From: Trichoplax adhaerens | Lineage: Eukaryota; Animalia; Placozoa | DNA length: 64,000 bases | NCBI RefSeq assembly: GCF_000150275.1 | Contig: NW_002060968.1 | Span: forward strand, 43,797 to 107,796 | Direction of reading: 5' to 3' | Shown: in pieces, positions 46,001 through 56,600 of the stretch | Layout: every line of letters starts with the position of its first letter | Numbering within the stretch: the first letter of the stretch is position 1 | The notes under the pieces: generated by a model | Database searches by the model: none | Told to the model about the DNA's origin: nothing | Seen by the model: only the letters and a program-made list of their open reading frames with translations | Translations under genes and position numbers: made by a program

Positions 46001-47357
46001 TTTGCATACAAATACAGAAATTACCTTCTGATGTTGATGTAGAAAGATTGATAATGAGTGACTGATTGATTTTGTCATTTTGTATAGGAAGGTGAATCAT
46101 TTTTGATGTTTGTGGTATAGCAGCGGCCTTTCTGTTTTTTTGTTTTTGATTATTACATTGAGTAATTTTTTCTTTAGCCCTGGCAATTTGAGGGTGACTT
46201 TCTCCATAAAGATTGCTTAGGCTAGTGATAGATTTTTCATAGAATAAGATTGCTTGATCATAATTAGATTTTCGATAATGGACATGTGCTTGATTTCGAA
46301 AGGAAAGCGCTGTATTAGGATGATTGTTACCTAGGGTTTTCAAGTAGACTTGCGATGCCTTGTCATACATAGATAGCGCCTCATCGTATTTCTTTTGCTT
46401 ATCATAGACGAACCCAATATTGTTATACGTTGTAGCAATACTTGGATGATTTTCATCAAGCTGTGACTTTTTAATCTCTAGTGATTTGTTATACATTGAT
46501 AGAGCATCATCATACTTGCTTTGATTCAAATAGACACTTGCAATGTTGCCATATGTTGTAGCAATACTTGGATGACAGTCGCCAAGTTGTTTTAGTTCAA
46601 TCTCCAGCGATTTGTTATACATTGATATAGCATCATTATACTTGCCTTGATGATCATAGATTTGCCCAGTGTTACTATATGTTGTAGCAACACTTGGATG
46701 ATTATCACCAAGTTTTTCTAGTTGAACTTCTAGTGCTTTGCTATTCATTGATAGAGCATCATCATACTTGCCTTGCTTAATATAAATATTTGCAATGTTA
46801 CCATATAATGCAGCAGTATCTGGATGCTTGGCGTCAATTTTCCGGTTAATCTCCAACGATTTAAGATACATGTCCAAAGCCTTATCATATTTACCTTGGT
46901 CAAAGTAGGCTACGCCAATTTTACAATATGACTCGCTGACATTAACATGCTCTTTTTCTAGAAATTCTAATTTCATTTCAAGCGATTTGTTATAATCACT
47001 CAAAGCGCCAATCAGATCACCTTGTAATCGTTTAATATCCCCGTGGTTATCTAAGCATTGAGAAATTCTCTTTTGATCTTTTATTTCCTTGGCTAATTTC
47101 TCTGCTTTTCCTCTCCATTTGTTTGCTTCTATTAGTTCACTTTTTTCCCGAAAAGAATTAGCCATATCAAGATAAATATCACATTCAAGTCGAACATGAT
47201 CCTGGCTAATTTTCGGTATAGATTCAATTTGAATTGCAGCCTGTTGATAATAACTTAATGCGAGCTTATAACTGCCTTTCTTATGACATTTTCTACCACT
47301 TTCGTGTTTAAATTGAATTTCCTTGAAGCTAGTCGATTTGGAAGTCCAAATGCCCAT
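40087..47357 (-). CDS. Roco protein, TPR-Death-Roc-COR-Death, ~1509 aa; complement(join(46025..47357,44893..44979,44340..44657,44209..44268,41741..44014,41112..41192,40417..40715,40087..40164))
   Basis: Exon 1: 42-aa TPR repeats (LGDNHPSVATTYSNTGQIYDHQGKYNDAISMYNKSLEI). Exon 3: death domain (KIADGWFQLARYLGLS...LIASLYRLKRKETADIL). Exon 5: Roc motifs KIVIAGPENVGKTS, DLGGQAIYYVAHRPFL, LYILVFNI and VILIASHGD, and COR motifs IPIRW, LLYLRDIGEIVF, IVTNLDWL, YFVPYLL and IPMGIF. Exon 7: death domain (LLGLTIQEIDEI...ALLLWKEK...LADQI). All junctions are GT-AG and in phase; total 4530 nt. Joining is predicted, not transcript-verified. Confidence 0.82.
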
Positions 47358-48194
47358 ATTACACTTTTCAGCAACAACAAAGCAGGTAGTTTAAGAAAAT
47401 AGTTACAAATTCTTCGCTTGCTACTAGCTTCCAATTTTGATATTTGTACGAAAATTAATATTATAGAGATATTATACCATCTGAAATGGATATTTCTTCC
47501 GCATTCGATCAAGACTTCAACGTCTATTTCAGTTAATAACCTACACCAATCCTCAAAATTAGGTACGCCTTCGTTCGTTAACGGTCATTAATTATTCGTC
47601 AATTATTCGTCAACTATTCTTTTACAATTAATAGAGACAAAATAAACTAAATTGCCCAGACCCTCTTATCAACTCTTCTATTTATTCTCTTTTTTACTTT
47701 AATAATGTAAGGAATTAGTGATTATAATAATAATTGAAAATGATCATTACCATAATACTGGCACTGAAATAAATGAATCGCTTCGCATAAGATAAATAGA
47801 CGATCAACAAAGGTAAACAAAAGGAGATCGTTATCATATAATATAATATAATTCATTTCTTTCATGCAAATAATGGATAAATTAATTTGCATACTTGATA
47901 GACTTTCGTTGCAAATTACTACTGCGCTCTACTCAAATTTTATGGATCGCCAGCAGCTTTTAAGTACAGTATTTCCCATCGTTGCCTTGTAGCAATGCCA
48001 ATTAAGACTATTTCATTATTGATTTTCTTGATCGCTAGTCAACTTGTTTGATTCGAGTTCATGCTTCAGATTTGTAAAAGAATAAAGAAATAAAGTGTGT
48101 TAAAATAAACTTAGAGGATTATTTTCTCCATTACAGTAAGACTGAAATGTCTATTCGCATAGAAAATAACGGTATGAGTCTTGCAAAGTACTGT

Positions 48195-49223
48195 ATCTTA
48201 GGGTTAATGACTGATTGATTTATGGTATCTTGTTGTAAAGGGTGATGAATGATTTTGGAGGCTTGTGGTATAGCCGCAGCCTTCTCAATTTCTTATAGTT
48301 GATGGTGACATTGAACAATTTGTTTTTCATCTTTGACAATTTGAGGGTGATTTTCTCCATAGAGATGGCGAAGGCTATTGATGGACTTTTGATAGAACGA
48401 GATTGCTTGACGATAATTAGATTGCTGATAGTTGACTTGAGCTTGATTTCGAAAGGAAAGTGCCGTATCAGGATGATTTTCGCCTAGTGTTGCTAAGCGA
48501 ATTCGAACAGATTTCTTATACATGGATAGTGCATCGTTGAAGTTGTCTAGCTTATAATATGTAAGTCCAATGTTACATGTTGTAGCAATTCTTGGATGAT
48601 TATCACCAAGTTGCGCTTGTTCAACTTTCAGCGATTCCTTGTATACTGATAGTGCGTCATCATATTTGCCTAGATAATAATAAACTAGCCCAATTCCATT
48701 GTATACTGTTGCAATACTTGGATGATTATTGCCAAGATGGGCTAATTTAATTTTGAGTGATTTGTTATACATAGATAGGGCCTCATCATACTTGCCTTGC
48801 TTACTATAAACAAGTCCGATGTTGCCATATAATGTAGCAATTTCGAGATGATCATCACCAAGTTGTTCTAGTTTAATCTGCAATAATTTATTGTAACTAT
48901 TAGAGCGTCATCATATTTGCCTTGTTCCTCATAGCCACTTCGTCTAGCAGTTTCTTACTTAATATGTCAGCTATTTCTCTCCGAAGACTAGCTTTCATCA
49001 ATTCATTTTCTTTTAGATAACAGTTAGCCATGTCGAGATAAAGATCATATTCAAGATAAAGACGACTCTCGCTGCTCTCTTGTATCGATTGGATTTGAGT
49101 TGCAGCTTGTTGATAATAAAATAATGTGCGTTCATAATAGCTTTTCTTAGCAAATTTTACGCCCGTTTCGTATACAGATTTAATTTCGTCAAGGGTAGTC
49201 GATTTGATACTTTGATCGTCCAT
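48195..49223 (-). pseudogene. Disrupted duplicate of the Roco TPR exon
   Basis: Paralogous along its length (YYQQAATQIQSI vs YYQQAAIQIESI; HPDTALSFRNQAQV vs HPNTALSFRNQAHV; KAAAIPQASKII vs KAAAIPQTSKMI). It has an internal deletion, two frameshifts near 48895-48940 and a premature TAA at 48293-48295. Confidence 0.85.
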
Positions 49224-50698
49224 ATTTCACATTGGAGCTGTACTGAAGTGTCACGAAGCAGCCTTTGTGAACAGACCAAAACTTTACTATCTACTCTAAG
49301 TTGATCTTAGTTTAACTCTCAAAGACCCACAAAGGAGGAAACTAACCTATTGCAGTATTTACTGCTAGCAAAAGATAAATGGTAGCGTTTACAGGCAAGG
49401 TATTTATTGAGCCAGATAACGAAGTAGCGCAGTGTTCTTTACTACAACCTGATTGAGACTCTCTTTAAAAGTAAGATATCCAGCCTTTTATATAGTTCTA
49501 TGATTTTATACCGTGCACACTTGTGCCAATGATCACAGCACATGAAGCGAGCTCCGTAACATGAAGATATGTAGTTTCGGAAAAAGTAGTCATAAATTCT
49601 CGATTAGATATAGTTGGTAAAATTGATAGTTATCGGAATGTGTAATGAAATAGATGTATAGTATCATGAATGGATGTCTTATATTTTAGAGCAAGATTAT
49701 AAAAGTCAATCGGCGAGATTGGATAAGCTTGCATTAGTTAACCTTCATCAGTCTTTCGTAAATAATACTACTAAAATAAATAGAGGTGAAGTAAATTAAA
49801 CTGCACAAGTGTCCTTATCAAGACTTCTTTCTTTCTATCTGCTGACTAATATCAATAATTAATTGAAGTCATGCATGATCACAACTAAAAGTCAGATAAT
49901 AGCCTAATATTGCCATTCAAATGTTTTTGGTTTAGAATAAAATGAAGATTGGCGTTAACATAAGTAAAATATTATCGTTACAATGGCATCCATGCATATT
50001 AATAACAATGATAAACCAAATAGAGATCTCGCTCAATTTGTATACTGTAGCTATAAATTAGCACGGTGTTCGACTCAAATTGAGAAGGAGCACCTGTTGC
50101 TTTCGACTACTTGCCGTTGTCACCTTGTAAGAATAGTAAGCTAAACTATTTCATCAGTTGCTTTCATGGCGGATAGTCTACTTGATAAATTACATACTGC
50201 GTTGATCTATTGCTCATGTTTTCACACTTGTATAGGGTGAAGAGATACAGTAAAATGATTAAAGAGATTTAATAGATTTATAAAATTATTTTCTGCTTTA
50301 CATCAGGGTTGCAAAGTCTATATTCTAATTAGATAGGAATTACTTGAATTTTATTTTAATGATCCATGAAATTGCCAATAAAATTTTTTCAGCTTACAGG
50401 GAAGTAACGAAAAATTGTTTATATTAGAAAGAAATTCGTACATACATTTCACTGTTAACAAATACTTAAATAGTGTATTGAGGTCAATGGCTCTTGATTA
50501 AAAGAACACATCCCAAACTACTATCAAGTTATTTTTATTTATTACTTACTAATACTGCAAACCATAGCTAACCGAAAATCGTAATAAAACTACCGAAATC
50601 ACTCTAACAATAAAATGAATATATTCTATTCCACTAACTACCAATACTATCAAACATATAATATAGGTGTAATTTCACTTAAAATGATTTTATCGAAA

Positions 50699-53600
50699 TT
50701 ATAAATCAACAGTGTACACCAGATCTGTTCCAATGACAAGTTTTTGGCTACCCATAACTAAGACCAATTCGCCGCTTTCTCTATAGAAAGTAGCACCGTC
50801 AGCAATTAATATTTTGCCTTCTAGAGGACGTGATAAATTAGGCATCCTTCTAGAACCACCAACTGCATCGTTATAATAATACAGTTTAATTTTGTCCGTA
50901 GATTCTATTAATAGGGAAAACGGTAATGTACATCATCTTAGCATACGATCGCCGGTAAGGCATAATTCGATAGTATTATGATTAACAAGTGTACCTTTAG
51001 TTTCAGTAGATATACGACTGATAACATCATTTATAGACTCCTTATCACGAATATCGGCGTAAAATGAAAAATACGGTTTGCAGACTTGCGGATTAATAAA
51101 TTGCACAGTAACCTAGTATAAGATAGTCGTGGATTTAAGTATAGTAAGGATTACATGTTATATCATACGAGTGCCAATTATAAAAATTTTATATCTATAT
51201 ACCGCTTCAAAGAAAACAGAGTACGGCCTCCCAGGCACACTGGTGTCGCGCACTTTACTATCGCTGGCATCATTCACTAATTTTATTTCTAATCCCGTCA
51301 GCTGCATTGCAACAAATTTAACAACATCAGTTAAAATCAAAGGCCTTAACCCAACATTACTGCACGATAAGGCACTTATAACATTTCTATGCAAATGTCA
51401 TCAACTTGCCTCTAATGACTTTCTAAGGTAATTTATATTTTCCTTAAGTATAGCGACTTCATCAAAGGGCATCTTAGTATCTAACGCCTGGACTCCTTCT
51501 TTAGCAACACTTTCCTACAGCAGGCGTCGCAATTACAAAACAATCAGTTTTTGGATAACTTGACAAGCTATACTAGGAAACTATAATACCTTTAAGAATT
51601 GCACAAACGGCATCAATTTTTTCATATTTTTAGCAACAACTGGATCACCCTTAAATTTAGCTAAGACTGTTTTATTTTCTGGGAAGGTGTTTTCATTCTA
51701 TAATCATTAATGAGACATAATAAACAAAATTATTCTACAATTAGACTTTAAAATATTTTATCTATAACATAAAACCTACCTTCTCGTATTCTATCTTTAA
51801 AAATTTTAATATTAGTTCTTGCCAAGCAGGATATGTTTGTGCAACGAAAAGAGTTCCATGTGTTGGCTTAGCAGTTGCTTTAGCTGCCTGCTTACCTTTC
51901 TAATGATTACGTAATATCAGCATATAAGTAAGCTAATATCTATTGCACCTCCTAGAATTTAAACGAAACCAAAAATATTTAAATAACAATTTACCTTCAG
52001 TGCCAAAGCAGTTTGATTCTTGATTCGTAAACGGAAATCATGTGCACCGTTCATAAGATAGTCAGAAGCCCGCAATAAAATTTTATCTACAGGCCCAGCA
52101 GTAGGCCAAGCTGCGGACATAATACTACCCTTCTATATAAAATAAATACGTGATTTCAATTAGAAGTACTGTCTACCTTTGTTAAAGTAGCCAAAATTTT
52201 GACTTTTACGAAAAACTAATGGAAATCGAACTACAAACCTTCCCAATCAACGCCCAAACATGTTCACATAAGTGAGGGCATATAGGAGCCAATAAAAGAA
52301 TTTGCACCTTAATAAATAATAAGGAACAAAATGTCAATCAACTGGATACTTAGAATCATGGGTAATAGCGTTAATTTGGGTTGCTTGTTCTACTTCGACT
52401 ATATTTCATTAAAATATTCAAAATCCTCACCTCAATAAATCTAAATATCATATCTTTATGCATTCCTTCCACTGCAACTTCTCTGTATTTATCCCTAAAA
52501 GACTGTGAAGAAGAATAAATACTATAGTTTAACAGTCTACCGTAAAAAAATACGAATGACTGAAAAATTAATGCCTTATTTGAAAAAGATATACCTGCAA
52601 CTCGTAAAAGCCTGTCTTGAGAGCCTCTCGAAATTGCATTTGCTCATAATTGCGATCAGTCTGAATTATCGCGCTATTTATTTCACTATAATGGTGATAA
52701 ATGTGAACGCAATAGTATCAACTTTTCTATAAGTTTAGGTTAAAATCATTTTAAACGAATGTCCGATATAACCTTGCAAAGACTTTATCGTTAAAGGTAT
52801 CCATTGGCCCAGTCCTTAATTCATTCTGTTTTGCTAGTTCGAGCATATCCTAACAATATAAATCAGCACAAATGTAAGCACTACACTTTATATTATGTCA
52901 GCTAAAAAAAATCATACCTTTGTCCATTCTAGGAACGTATATAATCTCAAAATGCCACCATCGGCCATTTTTTCAACAAAATTTGCGTCTTCAACGCTAT
53001 CACCAGCATCTGCAAGAGCAAGTCTCATTCCTACAATTAATGAGATAGCATAAAATTTAACGAGAAAGCAATGGTACTAGATCTAAGAATAGCAATAAAT
53101 AAAATTATCTACTAAGCGCATACCATCGGCGGAAAATCTGTCAACGCTTTCAAATAAAGTTAAAAAATTCCCAGTTTGCTTCGACATCTGTAAGTAAAAT
53201 GAATAGGCTTAATATACAATGCGCATGTGGATATTATCAAAAAACACTGCATATATGTCTTAAGGAATTACCTTTTCCGAATTTAGCAATAAATGCCCAT
53301 TAATTCGTAGATTACCGGGCCAACTTTTAGATACCAAAAATGATACATTAGTATTACAAACAATGTTATTGATCAGAAAAGTAAAGAATCACTAATTAAT
53401 ATAATGAATTGCTAGTTTACCGATGAGGTTCATCAGGCCATATTGCCACGTGATTGAACAGTAAATATGTCAAATGATTGGGTAATAGGTCTTTACCGGA
53501 AGATCTTAAATCAAATCCGTACCAGTACTGAAATTCCTGCTTTAATTTCCTATGTAACAGCATTATCATTTTTGTGAATTAATCATCAGAAAAACTCCAG

Positions 53601-56600
53601 GGCCATTCATTCAAATAGTATTTTATACAGTTTCTTAACATAGACAGATAAAACAACATGTGTACATACTTCAAACTATCTAGAGGAATGTCGGTTTGCG
53701 GTACTTCCGCATTATCATGAAATATATAATCCCAGATCTCAGGAGTCATTTGATCAGCCCTATCACAAATTTTAATATATGGAATTACAACATCAAATCG
53801 TTCAAGTATACAGATTATTTAATATCAAGTTGATATAACATACTTTATATTTAGTGGGCTTTCACCGGATCCATCAAAGACACCGCCTTGCAGCAAATGA
53901 CAAACCGTATAAAATGCCATGTAAATAGTGGAATCAGATAATGATTCGATTAAATATTGCTGATCACACGGAAGTAAAGTTCCAAGGCCGTACGATCGCG
54001 AGCATGCATATTCATGTAATTCAGTAATGGTGCGTTCAAACCCCTTGCGAGAATTTTCGGGATAGCTATACATAAGTAAACGTATAGACAATTAATTTAA
54101 TATCGATAACTATACGTGCTACTTGAAAATATTTAATAAATTTAGATTAACTCTTACGTATTAACTCGCTCAAGGCATTTGCGAGCTAAAGCTTTCCAGG
54201 AATCATCGCCATAGTCTAAATACCTATTGTTGATAATTATTTCTTTAAGATATTCTCCATCATTGAAATAGTTGAAGTTGTTTAACTTACCATTGATCAC
54301 ATAACGCCATGACACATTCATCCCCTGATCGTGACATTACTTTCTTCTCCGTTTCCATGTATATTACTGCTCCATTCTGATATATTTAATTATAAGTATT
54401 AGCTAATGATACGCAAAGTTTAGGAAACCTTTTTCACAATACTGCCATTTCAATCAAAATTTATTAACCGTATCGACTAGTAATTTCTGTATCTTTTTCT
54501 TAATGTCTTGAACTTTTTGTCCTTTGAAATCACCAACTAACATTACCTAAGTATTAAGAGGAGTTAGGAATAAAGTATCTTCTATGAAAGAATATTCACC
54601 AATTACATTATCGTCCGTTCATCAGAGTAGATAATTAACCAAAATTAATTCCTTAATCTTATTTAGCATTTATGTTACTTTTTTACCCCATGATAAAATC
54701 CGCCAAGATATGTCATTTCCTTGGCCTTCGCTAACTTCTCCTTATCATTTTGGCTAGTAATTTTTAATTTTTCATACGCAGCAACAGCACTTAAATCACC
54801 GAACTCAGGGACGTTCATAATGGGAACCTAAAGTGTTATAATGGTTAACAAATAGTTTACAGTAATTGCCTAATAATAGTAATTGATAACCAATAAACAT
54901 CATCTCTTACGGGATCAAATGGGAGTACTTTATCATCCGATAAATTGAATTTAGCCCTAAGATCCTATATATTAATTCAAGAGTAAAATCTTTGTTGAAT
55001 ACACAGATGTATTCCTTTAAAAGCTATTTTTAATAGGGTGCATTAATCTGAATGCATTCGTTAAATGTGTATGCACACTGTATGTTATGGATATATATTC
55101 CATTCCTGAATACGGTAATAGTAAATAAAATCAAAATTAAGAATTTTAAACGACAATAGCATTGTTGTCTTACTTTTTTTCTCTTGATATCGCAAAGAGC
55201 AGCGTAATCATCAGTTGAATCTGACGGAACAGATGTTACAATTCCAGTACCTATACCAAAAGATATCCAAAGGCTGTTAAATTGCCTTACGAAATATGAT
55301 TACTAAAGATACCATTTCCGCTGACCTTTTCCTTCTAGAATGGTAAACATTGGCCAAGCATAAACTTTCTCATATGAAGACAACGGAGCCTTCAATCCAG
55401 CGCCGATAAGGTCCTATATGTTGACACAGAGTATTTATCTTAGGCTTTGTTTAGTCTACAACAGTAAATGTATAAGATTTTTATTAGCAGCACTTACCTC
55501 TCCAATTAATTTTTCAACAACATCAATTACTCCTTCTTCTGGGGTAAACCCTTGATAGGAAATGTTTCTGGCAGCGCGATGGGTGGATACGTAAATTTCG
55601 TCGTTATTAACACGGTAAGCTATATACTAGATAGATTAAAAGTATAAAAAGTTAGACTTAAAGAATGCAATATAAATACCTATCCACTGCTAATGTAGTA
55701 CATGTGCCAACTACACAGTGCTGCATACAAGCACGTAAATCAACATGTTACGCTACTTGTATCTATTGTATAAATCAATACATAGCATTGCCAATTCGTT
55801 TCATTAAGCAGTATCCAGAATTTTTAATCTTTGTCAACTTTTCAAGTGTTGCTTGCTTTATGGCAATCAATACTTACCTCCATATCTGGCCTAACCCAGC
55901 AATTTGTCTGGCCATACATTGTTTCCGGTCTCAAAGTTGCTGCGATAAAAAAAACTGGCTTGTCTATAAGTTTCCTATTGATTAAATTAAATTTATATTA
56001 CGACACCAATTGCATCAGTAAATACTATTCATAAATGTCTTTTGCGTACCTTAATTTTTCATTTTCACTGCTAACTACCTTCATCTTAATTAACGTATAT
56101 TCTTGTCCGCCAACATTCTATAGAAATTATATAATATCTGTAAATGAAATTATGCATAAACATGGCAATCGCTTGCAACCTGAGAATAAACTTTTAAGTA
56201 TGTAAACAGGATCGATCAATTATTTTGCTAAGATATTCTACAACAGTCAATCATAAAGAATTCGGTATTATTACCTCTCCACTAGCGCGATCATGATCCA
56301 TACAAGGTTGACCATCCTTGGGTGAATATACTGTGTATCTGTTTTTGTTAAAATAATAGTAGACTTAGCAAGGAATACCGAATAAATTTCATAATATATA
56401 TCTCGTTTCAAACTTTTTCATGTCAAGATCCTACTCAGCAATATAGACAAAGATCATTAAACCTCTTTCCAAATTTCACTTTTCCTTGCTCTTTCAGTCT
56501 TATAAATTGCCAACGAACAAACGAATTATAATATGGATTAGCATCAGTCGTTATAAAACTCCTTCTCCAGTCGACCTAAATTTTAAATTGCACGATCGTG

